Assembly: GCA_964436275.1 (NCBI GenBank)
Contig: CAYTBZ010000002.1
Coordinates: forward strand, 13,660 to 77,659
Length of the DNA: 64,000 bases
Reading direction: 5' to 3'
Source: an uncultured Gammaproteobacteria bacterium
Lineage (GTDB): Bacteria > Patescibacteriota > Patescibacteriia > UBA2591 > CAYTBZ01
Shown here: one piece after another, positions 1 through 9,907 of the stretch
How positions within the stretch are numbered: position 1 is the first letter of the stretch
Layout: each line of letters opens with the position of its first letter
Program-made: the position numbers and the translations under genes
The notes under the pieces: model-generated
What the model was told of the DNA's origin: nothing
Seen by the model: only the letters and a program-made list of their open reading frames with translations
Database searches by the model: none

Positions 1-1
1 A

Positions 2-640
2 TTAAGTAAAAATCGGGGGGCGTCGGCTGCTCGTAATTTTGGCTTGAAAAAAGCGCGTGGTCAATTAATTGCTTATTTAGATAGTGATAATGTTTGGCAT
101 CCTGAATTTTTGGAGGTGATGAAGCAGGCTTTTGAAAAATATCCTAAAAAGATATTGATTTTTTGTAAAAAAAATTATCGCCTGACTTTGATTGATGAAA
201 AAGGAAAGGAAAAGCGAATTCGAGATGAATTGACTGGCCATAAGAAATATTTTGATTTAAAGAGATTATGGCACCGCCGGATTATAATTGATACTAATAC
301 AATGTGTCATCGAAAGAAAGAGATTGTAAAATTAGGCGGTTGGGATGAAAAGATAAAATTTTGGGAGGATTGGGAATTGACTTTGAGAATTAGTAAAAAA
401 TATCCTCAAGGTTTTCTTTATCTAAACCGGGCGATGATTGATTATGAGCAGAAAATAGATTTACGTAATTCTGATAAACTTTTTTCTTTCTGGGAGAGAG
501 AAGAGAAAAAAATTTTTCAAAAACATAAAGGGCACCCTTTATTAGAAGGACAAAGTTGGTTCCCTCCTCAAAGAGGCAATAAATCAACTTTAGGAGTAAT
601 TGAGTACTTAAGAGAAAAATATAAATCTTTTCAAAAATAA
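2..640 (+). CDS. Glycosyltransferase family 2 protein (5'-partial; frame open from window start)
   Basis: Frame reads NRGASAARNFGLKKARGQLIAYLDSD (GT-A DxD) and GGWDE...EDWEL; the TTG at 44 is internal. Confidence 0.9.
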   Translation, partial: LSKNRGASAARNFGLKKARGQLIAYLDSDNVWHPEFLEVMKQAFEKYPKKILIFCKKNYRLTLIDEKGKEKRIRDELTGHKKYFDLKRLWHRRIIIDTNTMCHRKKEIVKLGGWDEKIKFWEDWELTLRISKKYPQGFLYLNRAMIDYEQKIDLRNSDKLFSFWEREEKKIFQKHKGHPLLEGQSWFPPQRGNKSTLGVIEYLREKYKSFQK

Positions 641-669
641 ACTTTATCAAATAGATTATTTTTTAACTT

Positions 670-690
670 CCGGATTTCATCCGGTTTTTT
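670..690 (+). terminator. Rho-independent terminator after GT2
   Basis: CCGGAT-ttc-ATCCGG followed by T6. Confidence 0.7.
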
Positions 691-698
691 ATTTACCC

Positions 699-727
699 TT
701 GACTTTTATCGAAAAATATGATATTAT
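699..727 (+). promoter_or_regulatory. sigma70-type promoter of orphan gene 779..1348
   Basis: TTGACT-17 bp-TATTAT with extended -10 TG; SD AAGGAG at 768-773. Confidence 0.65.
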
Positions 728-778
728 TAAATTAGGTAAGATCTTTAAAACTTAAACTCTAAAAAGAAAGGAGAGAAA

Positions 779-1348
779 ATGAAAACTTTGTTAGAAATAT
801 TAGTAATAGGAGTAATGATAGTAAGCGCTGTTTTTGGCCAAACAGAGACACAAGAAGAAGCAGTTAAGCGATTTCTTGAGAATCATCATATTGATAATAA
901 TTTTCTGGGAGTTGATGAATTTCTTCATCAGCCTCCAGGAGCACCGATTCTACCCTTTCTGGTTAACCAAGATTATCAATTGCCTTTTAGCCCCGGTTTT
1001 GGTTTGGTCAAGTCAGAGGGTTTAAAAGTCAGCATGAGAGTTAGGATCAAGTCAACAGAAGTTTTTCTTAATCCAGAAGCTGCTGCTATCGCAGTTAAAA
1101 CAATGGATGAAAAAAAGAATGGTCTCGGGTTTAAATTGTTTTTTTCCTTTAATGAGGTAGCGCCGGCTTTTGCCATGGAAATGATTCTTGATTCAGAGGC
1201 GAATACTTTAATCGGTACAGGAGTGGGTTCAGATTTCCAAGGTTTCTTTTTTATGAAGAGGTGGAAAACTAAAAACGGAGAATTCCGACTTGCAGCGACT
1301 TTTCCTCCTAATTCAATTTCTTTTTCCTATGCCCTTGCTTTAAAATAA
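779..1348 (+). CDS. Hypothetical secreted protein, beta-strand-rich C-terminal half
   Basis: Signal peptide MKTLLEILVIGVMIVSAVFG|Q; own promoter, SD and terminator. Confidence 0.7.
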   Translation: MKTLLEILVIGVMIVSAVFGQTETQEEAVKRFLENHHIDNNFLGVDEFLHQPPGAPILPFLVNQDYQLPFSPGFGLVKSEGLKVSMRVRIKSTEVFLNPEAAAIAVKTMDEKKNGLGFKLFFSFNEVAPAFAMEMILDSEANTLIGTGVGSDFQGFFFMKRWKTKNGEFRLAATFPPNSISFSYALALK

Positions 1349-1358
1349 TAATTTTGTT

Positions 1359-1383
1359 AAAGCCCGCTTTTGCGGGCTTTTTT
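1359..1383 (+). terminator. Rho-independent terminator
   Basis: AAAGCCCGC-tttt-GCGGGCTTT + T tract. Confidence 0.8.
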
Positions 1384-1420
1384 CTTGTTTAAAATTATTT
1401 GTTTTGTTATTATTTTAGAA

Positions 1421-1636
1421 ATGAAGAAAAGAATTACAGAAAAAACAATTTTAGCCGAAGTTTTAAGGATTGAGGGGAGTAAAGAAATTTTAGAAAAATA
1501 TAATGTCCCTTGCCTTTTTTGTCCTTTTGCTCTTTTAGAAGCAAATAATTTAACTCTTGGTCAAATTGCTGAAATGTATGAATTAAATTTATCTGGGTTG
1601 TTAAAAGAATTAAATCAACTGAAAAAGAAAAAATAA
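1421..1636 (+). CDS. DUF1858-like small protein
   Basis: ITEKTILAEVL...EILEKYNVPCLFCP...TLGQIAEMYELNL..LL.ELN pattern; the TTG at 1370 lies in the terminator, so ATG 1421 is preferred. Confidence 0.7.
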   Translation: MKKRITEKTILAEVLRIEGSKEILEKYNVPCLFCPFALLEANNLTLGQIAEMYELNLSGLLKELNQLKKKK

Positions 1637-1647
1637 TTACTTGTTTT

Positions 1648-1679
1648 AAATAAATCTCGTTTAAAAACGAGATTTATTT
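1648..1679. terminator. Bidirectional terminator between DUF1858 gene and rpmB
   Basis: AAATAAATCTCGTTT / AAACGAGATTTATTT inverted repeat between convergent genes. Confidence 0.7.
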
Positions 1680-1719
1680 GTCTTTAGATTCTTAATATGT
1701 TAAAATTTTTAGAAATAAT

Positions 1720-1899
1720 TTAAATCTTCCCTTGTTTGACCAAGGTTCTTAAACATCTAGTACAAATAGTTATTTTCTTTCCCTGAATAATTTTTGTCTG
1801 AAGATTTAAATGTTGCTTTCGTTTTGTTGCCCTCATTGAATGACTTCTTTTTACTGAAGAAAGGGCTGTTCTTCCACAAATAGCACATTTACGAGACAT
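1720..1899 (-). CDS. rpmB: 50S ribosomal protein L28 (Zn-type, 59 aa; not in the ORF track)
   Basis: Manual translation MSRKCAICGRTALSSVKRSHSMRATKRKQHLNLQTKIIQGKKITICTRCLRTLVKQGKI. Confidence 0.95.
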   Translation of the reverse strand: MSRKCAICGRTALSSVKRSHSMRATKRKQHLNLQTKIIQGKKITICTRCLRTLVKQGKI

Positions 1900-1968
1900 A
1901 GTTGAGTAATTAAATTTAAAATATAATTATCAATAACTTAGCAAAAAAGAAAAAATAAATCAAGAGAA

Positions 1969-2589
1969 ATGGGGATTGAGTTAATTTTTATTATTTTAAT
2001 TTTTCTTTTTTCAGTTATAATTCATGAGGTCTCTCATGGCTTAGCAGCTGATGCTTTAGGTGATCCAACGCCTCGTTTGGCAGGTCGTCTTTCTCTTAAT
2101 CCCTTACGTCATTTAGATCCCTTTGGCTCAGTTTTACTTCCTCTTTTGTTGATCTTTAGCGGAAGCAGGTTTGTTTTTGGTTGGGCAAAGCCAGTTCCAA
2201 TTAATCCTCTATATTTAAGAGATAAAAAGTATGGTCCAGCCAAGGTTGCTTTAGCCGGACCAGGAGCAAATTTACTGCTTGCTTTTATTTTTGGTTTATT
2301 CCTTCGTTTTTCTATCCACTGGTTCCCTCATTTAACCCGTTTCTATCTTTTCTTAAGCTACATTGTTTATATTAATATCCTTTTGGCTGTTTTTAATCTT
2401 ATACCTCTGCCTCCTCTTGATGGTTCGCATATTCTTTTTGCTTTTTTGCCATCTTCAACTCTTAAAATTTTTCTTCAAAAATACGGAATTTTTATTTTAG
2501 TTTTATTTATTTTTTTCGGTTTCCCTTTTATTTTACCTATTGTTTTTTCTATTTATAAACTTTTTGTCGGCTCTCCAATAATTTTTTAG
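1969..2589 (+). CDS. Site-2 protease family (M50) membrane zinc metalloprotease
   Basis: HEVSH and NLIPLPPLDG motifs, multiple TM helices. Confidence 0.93.
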   Translation: MGIELIFIILIFLFSVIIHEVSHGLAADALGDPTPRLAGRLSLNPLRHLDPFGSVLLPLLLIFSGSRFVFGWAKPVPINPLYLRDKKYGPAKVALAGPGANLLLAFIFGLFLRFSIHWFPHLTRFYLFLSYIVYINILLAVFNLIPLPPLDGSHILFAFLPSSTLKIFLQKYGIFILVLFIFFGFPFILPIVFSIYKLFVGSPIIF

Positions 2590-2598
2590 TTATAATTA

Positions 2599-2627
2599 TT
2601 GACAATTTTATAAGTATTCTTTATAAT
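2599..2627 (+). promoter_or_regulatory. Consensus sigma70 promoter of the str operon
   Basis: TTGACA-17 bp-TATAAT upstream of rpsL. Confidence 0.8.
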
Positions 2628-2675
2628 GGGATAAACTAATTGAGAATTTTGGAAAATTATTTTATTTTTTATTTT

Positions 2676-3122
2676 ATGCCAACCATTCAACAATTAATTA
2701 GAAAAAAAAGAAAGAAAGTAAAGAAGAAACCAAAAACGCCAGTTCTAAGAAAAAACCTTAATGCTCTGAAAAGGAAAGTTTATGAAAGTAAAAAGGGCAA
2801 TCCTTTCAAAAGAGGAGTGTGTATAAAAGTAACTACAATGACTCCTAAAAAGCCAAATTCTGCTTTGAGAAAAATTGCTCGAGTTAGATTGTCTTCCGGA
2901 GAAGAAGTAACTGCTTATATTCCCGGTATTGGTCATAATCTGCAAGAGCACTCCGTAGTTTTGGTTAGGGGAGGAAGAGTTAAGGATTTACCTGGCGTTC
3001 GTTATCATATTGTTCGCGGAGTTTATGATGCTAGCGGAGTTGAAGGCAGAAAGACCAGTAGAAGTGCTTATGGAGTGAAAAAGGAAAAAACAAAAACCAA
3101 AGAAACAAAAAAAGAAGAATAA
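2676..3122 (+). CDS. rpsL: 30S ribosomal protein S12
   Basis: MPTIQQL..., [21 protein letters not shown]; ATG 2676 preferred over TTG 2640. Confidence 0.98.
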   Translation: MPTIQQLIRKKRKKVKKKPKTPVLRKNLNALKRKVYESKKGNPFKRGVCIKVTTMTPKKPNSALRKIARVRLSSGEEVTAYIPGIGHNLQEHSVVLVRGGRVKDLPGVRYHIVRGVYDASGVEGRKTSRSAYGVKKEKTKTKETKKEE

Positions 3123-3139
3123 AGAATAAAAATTAATTT

Positions 3140-3613
3140 ATGAGAGGAAAAAAGAAAATACCTGAAAGAAAAATTAATCCTGATCCTAAATATGGTCGGG
3201 TAATTATTGCAAAATTCATTAATTATATAATGAGAAGAGGTAAAAAGACAGTAGCCCAGAAAATTGTTTATCAGGCCTTTGATATTATTAAAGAAAGGAC
3301 GAAGAAAGATCCTTTAGAGGTTTTTGATTTAGCTATAAAAAATGTCTCTCCAGAAGTAGAAGTTCGCTCACGAAGGATTGGCGGTGCAAATTATCAAATA
3401 CCTATTTATACTAATGAAAAAAGACGTTTATCTTTGGCTTTTCGTTGGATAATCCAAGCAGCAAAAGCGAAGAAAGGTAAGGCAATGGCAGAAAAATTGG
3501 CTGAAGAATTAATAGAGGCATCGGAAAATCAAGGAGCAGCAGTAAAGAAAAAAGAAGAAGTTTATAAAATGGCTCAGGCAAACCGAGCTTTTGCTCATTT
3601 TGCTGGTTATTAA
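3140..3613 (+). CDS. rpsG: 30S ribosomal protein S7
   Basis: [26 protein letters not shown]. Confidence 0.98.
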   Translation: MRGKKKIPERKINPDPKYGRVIIAKFINYIMRRGKKTVAQKIVYQAFDIIKERTKKDPLEVFDLAIKNVSPEVEVRSRRIGGANYQIPIYTNEKRRLSLAFRWIIQAAKAKKGKAMAEKLAEELIEASENQGAAVKKKEEVYKMAQANRAFAHFAGY

Positions 3614-3630
3614 TTTATAATTTATAGCTT

Positions 3631-5730
3631 ATGCCCAGAGAATATCCATTAGAAAAAGTTAGAAACATTGGTATCATCGCTCATATAGATGCAGGAAAAA
3701 CTACGGTCACTGAGCGAATTTTATATTATACAGGAAAAAAACACAAAATTGGTGAAGTTCATAATGGTGAGGCAGAAATGGACTGGATGGAGCAAGAAAA
3801 AGAAAGAGGAATTACTATTACTTCTGCAGCAACTACCTGTTTTTGGCCATTAGAACCTAAGGAAAGGACTCATCGGATAAATATTATTGACACACCTGGA
3901 CACATTGATTTTACTGCCGAAGTTCAACGCTCATTAAGGGTTTTAGACGGAGGGGTAGTTGTTTTTGACGGAGTAGCCGGGGTGGAACCCCAGTCAGAAA
4001 CTGTTTGGCATCAAGCGGAAAAGTTTGGTGTTCCCTTGATTTGTTTTATTAATAAAATGGATAGAATGGGGGCTGATTTTTATTATAGCCTTCAGACCAT
4101 TCATCAACGTTTGACAAAAAATGCTTATCCTATTCAACTTCCTCTTGGCCGAGAGGAAAATTTCAGGGGTATTATAGATTTATTTACTCGAGAAGCGGAA
4201 ATATATAAGGATGATATGGGTAAAGAGATTGTTCACCAAGAAGTTCCTTCTGAAATGAAAGAGGAAGTAGAAAAATATCGTCACCAATTAGTTGAAGCAA
4301 TTGTTGAGCACGATGAGAACTTATTAGAAAAATATCTGAAGGGAGAAGAAATAGAGATAAATGATTTAAAGAGAGTTTTAAGAAAAGCAACTATTGAGGG
4401 GAAAATAGTTCCAGTTCTTTGTGGTTCAGCCCTTAAAAACAAGGGAATTCAATTTTTATTAGATGCTATTGTGGATTATTTACCTTCTCCTTTAGATATC
4501 CCGCCGGCTAAAGGTATTAATCCTCAAACTAATGAAGAGGTTTTGGTAAAAGCATCTGATGACGAACCATTTTGTGCTTTGGCTTTTAAACTGATGGCTG
4601 ATCCATTTGTTGGAAATCTTTGCTATTTTCGGGTATATTCAGGAAAACTTCCTGCTGGTTCTTATGTTTTAGATACAAGTACAGGTAAAAAAGAGAGAAT
4701 CGGACGGATTTTAAGAATGCACGCCAATAAAAGAGAAGAAGTTAAAGAAATTTATGCTGGAGAGATAGCTGCAGCCGTTGGCTTGAAAGATGTTTCTACT
4801 GGTCATACTCTTTGCGACCCACAAAGACCAGTTGTTTTGGAATCAATAACTTTTCCTGAGCCAGTTATCTCTGTAGCTATAGAGCCTAAGACAAAGTCAG
4901 ACCAAGAAAAAATGGGTTTAGCTTTAACTAAACTAATGAGAGAAGACCCGACTTTTAAAGTAAAAACCGATGAAGAGACAGGACAAACAATAATTTCAGG
5001 AATGGGGGAATTACATTTAGATATCATAGTTGATAGATTAAAAAGGGAATTTAAGGTAGAAGCATTAGTTGGTAAACCGCAGGTTGCTTATAAAGAAACA
5101 ATTAAAATACCTGCTGAGGCAGAAGGGAAATATATTCATCAATCAGGAGGTCGTGGGCAATATGGCCATTGTTGGTTAAGGTTAGAACCATTAGAAAGAG
5201 GAAAGGGCTTTGAGTTTGTTGATGCAATCAAAGGAGGAATTATTCCCAAAGAATTTATTCCAGCAATTGAAAAAGGAGTGAAAGAAGCAATGGCTAATGG
5301 TATTTTAGCCGGTTATCCAGTAGTAGATGTAAAAACTACTGTTTATGATGGTTCTTATCATGAAGTGGATTCTTCAGAAATTGCTTTTAAAATTGCTGCT
5401 ATTCGCGCTTTTCAAGAAGGAGCAAAAAAAGCTAATCCAGTTCTTTTAGAGCCGATAATGAAAATAGAAGTTGTTGTTCCTGAGCAATTTTTAGGTGATG
5501 TTGTTGGTGACCTTAATTCAAGGAGAGTTAAACTAAAAGAAATAAAAGAAAGGGGACAGATGAAAGTTATTGATGGAGAGATTCCTTTAGCAGAAATGTT
5601 TGGCTATGCTACTAGCCTGAGATCATTAACTCAGGGCAGGGGTAATTATTCAATGGAATTTTCTCATTATCAAGAAGTTCCTGCTAATATTGCTGAAAAG
5701 ATTATCGGAGAAAAAACATCAGAGAAATAA
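3631..5730 (+). CDS. fusA: Elongation factor G
   Basis: [23 protein letters not shown] motifs; 699 aa. Confidence 0.99.
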   Translation: MPREYPLEKVRNIGIIAHIDAGKTTVTERILYYTGKKHKIGEVHNGEAEMDWMEQEKERGITITSAATTCFWPLEPKERTHRINIIDTPGHIDFTAEVQRSLRVLDGGVVVFDGVAGVEPQSETVWHQAEKFGVPLICFINKMDRMGADFYYSLQTIHQRLTKNAYPIQLPLGREENFRGIIDLFTREAEIYKDDMGKEIVHQEVPSEMKEEVEKYRHQLVEAIVEHDENLLEKYLKGEEIEINDLKRVLRKATIEGKIVPVLCGSALKNKGIQFLLDAIVDYLPSPLDIPPAKGINPQTNEEVLVKASDDEPFCALAFKLMADPFVGNLCYFRVYSGKLPAGSYVLDTSTGKKERIGRILRMHANKREEVKEIYAGEIAAAVGLKDVSTGHTLCDPQRPVVLESITFPEPVISVAIEPKTKSDQEKMGLALTKLMREDPTFKVKTDEETGQTIISGMGELHLDIIVDRLKREFKVEALVGKPQVAYKETIKIPAEAEGKYIHQSGGRGQYGHCWLRLEPLERGKGFEFVDAIKGGIIPKEFIPAIEKGVKEAMANGILAGYPVVDVKTTVYDGSYHEVDSSEIAFKIAAIRAFQEGAKKANPVLLEPIMKIEVVVPEQFLGDVVGDLNSRRVKLKEIKERGQMKVIDGEIPLAEMFGYATSLRSLTQGRGNYSMEFSHYQEVPANIAEKIIGEKTSEK

Positions 5731-5797
5731 AAGAATATTGATTTATTTTTTTGTTTATTAGATAATAAGAACAATAAATGAAAATATAAGAAAAATT

Positions 5798-6064
5798 ATG
5801 GATTCTCTAAAAGAGATAATTGAATTGCTAAAGAGAACGGGAGATAAATTTATTCTTTTAAATGAAGGGAAACCGATTGGAGTGATAATGACCTTTGAAG
5901 ATTATAATGATTTAATTTTTACCAAAAGCGGAGTATCTGACTTGACAGAAGAAGAATTGCTCAATAAAATAAACAGAGAAATTGCTATATGGAAAGCAAG
6001 TCAAGATAAAGAGAAGATTGAGAAGTTTGATCTATATAGTGGTTTTAAAAAAATTAATAACTAA
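5798..6064 (+). CDS. Hypothetical protein, Phd/YefM antitoxin-like N-terminus
   Basis: DKFILLNEGKPIGVIMTFEDY resembles the Phd/YefM beta-hairpin pattern; lies between fusA and tuf. Confidence 0.55.
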   Translation: MDSLKEIIELLKRTGDKFILLNEGKPIGVIMTFEDYNDLIFTKSGVSDLTEEELLNKINREIAIWKASQDKEKIEKFDLYSGFKKINN

Positions 6065-6115
6065 CCTGAAAAATGACTGGTTATCTATAAAAGTATAACC
6101 AAAGTCATTTTCAGG
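6065..6115 (+). other. Long imperfect hairpin just upstream of the tuf SD
   Basis: CCTGAAAAATGACT-GGTTAT ... ATAACC-AA-AGTCATTTTCAGG. Confidence 0.6.
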
Positions 6116-6135
6116 ATTATAAAGGAGTTAATTTT

Positions 6136-7335
6136 ATGGCAGCAAAAGAAAAATTTGAAAGAACTAAGCCCCATCTTAACATTGGGACAATTGGTCATGT
6201 AGACCACGGTAAAACTACTTTAACCGCAGCGATTTTACATATTCTTCGCTTACAGGGGAAAAGAGCAGATGAAAAGACGGTTGATGAAATTGATAATGCT
6301 CCTGAAGAAAAAGAAAGAGGAATTACCATTGCTACGGCTCACGTAGAATATGAGACAGATAAGCGTCATTATGCTCATATTGATTGTCCAGGTCATGCTG
6401 ACTATATTAAAAATATGATTACCGGTACGGCTCAGATGGATGGTGCTATCTTGGTTGTTTCTGCTGCTGATGGTCCAATGCCTCAGACAAGGGAACACAT
6501 CCTTTTAGCCCGTCAGGTAGGTGTTCCTTCTATTGTTGTTTTCCTTAATAAGGTTGATATGGTAGAAGATAAAGAATTAGTTGATTTAGTTGAAGAAGAG
6601 GTGAGAGGCCTCCTTAAAAAATACGAATATCCAGGAGATGAAATTCCAATAATCCGTGGTTCTGCCTTAAAAGCATTAGATTGTAAAGACCTTAATTGTG
6701 AAGCAGCAAAGCCGATTTTAGATTTACTAAAAGCGATTGATGACTATATTCCTGAACCAGTAAGAGATTTAGATAAGCCATTCTTGATGCCTATTGAAGA
6801 TATTTTCTCTATTGAAGGAAGAGGGACAGTAGTTACTGGAAGGATAGAAAGAGGAGTAGTCCATCTTAATGATGAAGTAGAAATTGTTGGTTTAAAACCG
6901 ACTAAAAAAACAGTGGTTACAGGTATAGAAATGTTTAAAAAAGCTTTAGACGAAGGAAGAGCCGGGGATAACGCAGGAATTCTTCTCCGTGGAATCAAAA
7001 AGGATGAAGTGGAAAGAGGACAAGTATTAGCTAAACCAGGGACAGTTACTCCTCATTCAGAATTTGAGGCAGAAGTGTATATTCTTTCTAAAGAAGAAGG
7101 CGGGCGCCATTCCCCATTTTTTAGCGGATATAAACCACAATTCTATATTCGGACCACTGATGTTACTGGAGAAATTACTTTACCTCAAGGAGTAGAAATG
7201 GTCATGCCAGGAGATACAGTAAACTTACATATAAAGTTAATTTACCCTGTTGCTTTAGAAGAAAAGCAAAGATTTGCTATTCGTGAAGGAGGTAAAACTG
7301 TTGGTGCTGGTGTAGTAACTAAGATCATTAAATAA
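6136..7335 (+). CDS. tuf: Elongation factor Tu
   Basis: [24 protein letters not shown]; SD AAGGAG. Confidence 0.99.
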   Translation: MAAKEKFERTKPHLNIGTIGHVDHGKTTLTAAILHILRLQGKRADEKTVDEIDNAPEEKERGITIATAHVEYETDKRHYAHIDCPGHADYIKNMITGTAQMDGAILVVSAADGPMPQTREHILLARQVGVPSIVVFLNKVDMVEDKELVDLVEEEVRGLLKKYEYPGDEIPIIRGSALKALDCKDLNCEAAKPILDLLKAIDDYIPEPVRDLDKPFLMPIEDIFSIEGRGTVVTGRIERGVVHLNDEVEIVGLKPTKKTVVTGIEMFKKALDEGRAGDNAGILLRGIKKDEVERGQVLAKPGTVTPHSEFEAEVYILSKEEGGRHSPFFSGYKPQFYIRTTDVTGEITLPQGVEMVMPGDTVNLHIKLIYPVALEEKQRFAIREGGKTVGAGVVTKIIK

Positions 7336-7382
7336 TTTTTATAAAAAAGAAAAACAGAGAGCTGTTAAGAGAGGAAAATTAA

Positions 7383-7748
7383 ATGGAAGCAAAAAAAGAA
7401 GAAAAAAAAATAGCCGAGAATAATGAACAAGAAGAGGAATATCGGCCCCGTTTGAGGTTGAAGATTAGGGCATATGATCATAAAATTATTGATCAGTCCG
7501 TTAAGACAATAATTGAAGCAGCCAAAAAGACGGGTGCTGAAGTTGTTGGGCCTATTCCTTTACCTACTGAGAGAAAGGTATATACTGTTTTGCGTTCTAC
7601 TTTTGTCCATAAAGATTCACGTGAGCAATTTGAAAAACGAAAGCATAAACGATTAATTGATATTATTGATCCTTCTCCTAAGACAATTGAGGCAATGACT
7701 AATTTAGATTTGCCTGCAGGGGTTGACATTCAGATAAAAATGCAGTAA
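7383..7748 (+). CDS. rpsJ: 30S ribosomal protein S10 (acidic N-extension)
   Basis: [21 protein letters not shown]. Confidence 0.98.
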   Translation: MEAKKEEKKIAENNEQEEEYRPRLRLKIRAYDHKIIDQSVKTIIEAAKKTGAEVVGPIPLPTERKVYTVLRSTFVHKDSREQFEKRKHKRLIDIIDPSPKTIEAMTNLDLPAGVDIQIKMQ

Positions 7749-7771
7749 ATTCTTAATGTTTATTTGGTTTT

Positions 7772-7919
7772 TTATTTTCTTTTAATAACCCCCTTAGGGA
7801 AGTGTTAAAAGAAAATAATTTACCTAAGGAGATTAATCGTCTCAAGCAAAATAATTAAAAGTTAACCAGATTTTAAAAGCCGGCTTAAAAGGTGTAATCT
7901 GGTTCTTGAGTCGGCTTTT
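7772..7919 (+). promoter_or_regulatory. Putative structured cis-regulatory RNA (ribosomal protein leader) between rpsJ and rplC
   Basis: 16-bp hairpin 7772-7787/7803-7818; interleaved stems 7864-7872/7896-7904 (9 bp) and 7875-7888/7906-7919 (14 bp incl. 2 G-U). Confidence 0.55.
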
Positions 7920-7956
7920 CTATTAGACATCTTTCTCTAATAAAATAAAAGAAAAA

Positions 7957-8745
7957 ATGAAATTTATTTTAGGGAAAAAAGTAAAAATGACTCAGGATTT
8001 TAGAGAAAAAGGAGAAGTTGTCCCTCTAACAGTAATTGAGGCAGGTCCTTGTTTAATTACGCAAATAAAAACCAAAGAAAAAGATGGCTATCAAGCGGTC
8101 CAAGTTGGTTTTGGTTTTAAAAAGAAATTGACTAAACCATTAAGAGGTCATCTTAAAAATTTAGGCAATTTTAGATATTTAAAAGAATTCCGCTTAAGAG
8201 ATGATGAGGATATTTCTTTATTTAAAGTTGGTTTAGAAATAAAGGTTGATCTTTTTTCTCCAGGAGACAAAGTCCAAGTTACTGGCACATCTAAAGGAAA
8301 AGGGTTTGCTGGGGTAGTTAAGAGACATGGTTTTCATGGAAGTCCGGCTTCACATGGCCATAAAGACCAATTAAGAATGCCTGGTTCTATTGGAGCAACT
8401 GATCCAGCAAGAGTGTTTAAAGGAACAAGAATGGCTGGCCGAATGGGAGGTCAAAGGGTTACTATCAAAAATTTGGAAGTTTTTAAGATTGATAAAGAAA
8501 ATAATTTACTTTATTTAAAAGGAGCAGTCCCTGGAGCAAGGGGCTCTCTTGTTTTAATAAAGGGTGAAGGAGAATTTAAATTAGAAGAGGAAAAACCAAA
8601 AGAAGAAAAACCAAAAGAGGAAAAACAAGAGGAAAAACAGGATAAGGAAAAACAGGAAGAAGAGGCAAAAGAAAAGAAAGTTGAAAAGGAAGAAACCATG
8701 AAAACAAGTGAACAGAATAGCCAAAAAGAGAAGGAGGAAAAATAA
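7957..8745 (+). CDS. rplC: 50S ribosomal protein L3 with K/E-rich C-terminal tail
   Basis: GTSKGKGFAGVVKRH, PGSIG, KGAVPG; tail with EEKPK repeats. Confidence 0.98.
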   Translation: MKFILGKKVKMTQDFREKGEVVPLTVIEAGPCLITQIKTKEKDGYQAVQVGFGFKKKLTKPLRGHLKNLGNFRYLKEFRLRDDEDISLFKVGLEIKVDLFSPGDKVQVTGTSKGKGFAGVVKRHGFHGSPASHGHKDQLRMPGSIGATDPARVFKGTRMAGRMGGQRVTIKNLEVFKIDKENNLLYLKGAVPGARGSLVLIKGEGEFKLEEEKPKEEKPKEEKQEEKQDKEKQEEEAKEKKVEKEETMKTSEQNSQKEKEEK

Positions 8746-8753
8746 AAATATCT

Positions 8754-9431
8754 ATGAAAGAAGATAATTTAAAAATCCAAGTTTATAATCAAAAAGGAGA
8801 GGTAATTGGTGAAGAGAAATTGAACCCCCAAATTTTTGGATTAAAAGTTAATCCTTATTTAATTCATCAAGTAGTAGTTGTCCAAGAAGCGAATAAAAGA
8901 CAGCCTTTGGCTCATACTAAAACCAGAGGAGAAGTAAGAGGAGGAGGAGCAAAACCTTGGCGACAGAAAGGGACAGGTCGGGCTAGAGCTGGCTCAATTC
9001 GTTCTCCGATATGGATAGGCGGAGGGGTGGTTTTCGGTCCAAGAAAAGAGAGAGTATTTAAGAAGAAAATTAATAAAAAAGCTAAACGTCTAGCTCTTTT
9101 AATGGTCCTTTCCGACCGGGTAGAAAATAAGAAGTTGCTTTTGGTAGATAAACTAGAATTAAAAGAAGGTAAAACAAAAGAAATGGTAAATATTTTAAAC
9201 AACTTTCCTTTTAAAAAAAAGAAAACCCTGATTGTTTTAGGGAAAATTGACAAGAAAATAATCAGGGCTTCAGCCAATATCCCCTTAGTTAAGACAATTT
9301 TAGCTGACAGTTTGAATGTAAAAGATATCCTTAATCATGAATTCATTTTCTTAACAAAGAACTCTTTACCAGTCATTGAATCTACTTATTTAAAAAATAA
9401 AAATAAAAAGATAAAAAAAGAAAAGAATTAA
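8754..9431 (+). CDS. rplD: 50S ribosomal protein L4
   Basis: KPWRQKGTGRARAGS. Confidence 0.98.
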   Translation: MKEDNLKIQVYNQKGEVIGEEKLNPQIFGLKVNPYLIHQVVVVQEANKRQPLAHTKTRGEVRGGGAKPWRQKGTGRARAGSIRSPIWIGGGVVFGPRKERVFKKKINKKAKRLALLMVLSDRVENKKLLLVDKLELKEGKTKEMVNILNNFPFKKKKTLIVLGKIDKKIIRASANIPLVKTILADSLNVKDILNHEFIFLTKNSLPVIESTYLKNKNKKIKKEKN

Positions 9432-9440
9432 GAGAGAACA

Positions 9441-9896
9441 ATGAGTATATTTAGTAAATTTAAAAAAACTAAAAGTAAGGAAGAAAAAAAGAAAGAAGGA
9501 AAAAAGGAAGAAAAGAAAATAGAAAAGGGATTGAAAGAGCAGAAAAAAGAAGAAGTTTTGCTTAAGAAAAAGAGTGAAGAGAAAAAGAGAGTAGCTGGGG
9601 TTCCGGGAGAATTATATCAGATTCTTTTACGACCTTTAGTTACAGAAAAATCCACTGATTTACAAAAGAAAAATCAATATGTTTTTGCTGTTAAATACTC
9701 GGCAAACAAAATAGAGGTCAAAAAAGCAGTAGAAAAAATTTATGGAGTAAAGGTAGAGAAGGTTAGAATTATTAAGATGCCGGGTAAAAGAGTAAGATAT
9801 GGACGTGCTCAAGGAAAGACAAAAAGATGGAAAAAAGCCATTGTTTTTTTACCAAAGGAGGAGAAAATAGATGTTTTTGGAAGTTATAAAAAATAA
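9441..9896 (+). CDS. rplW: 50S ribosomal protein L23 with K/E-rich N-extension
   Basis: PLVTEKS...[11 protein letters not shown]...WKKAIV. Confidence 0.96.
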   Translation: MSIFSKFKKTKSKEEKKKEGKKEEKKIEKGLKEQKKEEVLLKKKSEEKKRVAGVPGELYQILLRPLVTEKSTDLQKKNQYVFAVKYSANKIEVKKAVEKIYGVKVEKVRIIKMPGKRVRYGRAQGKTKRWKKAIVFLPKEEKIDVFGSYKK

Positions 9897-9907
9897 TTTT
9901 TAAAAAA

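Noticed and set aside
8584-8640. Short tandem repeat as a mobile or contingency repeat
   Set aside because: It is in-frame low-complexity coding sequence (EEKPK) within the L3 tail.
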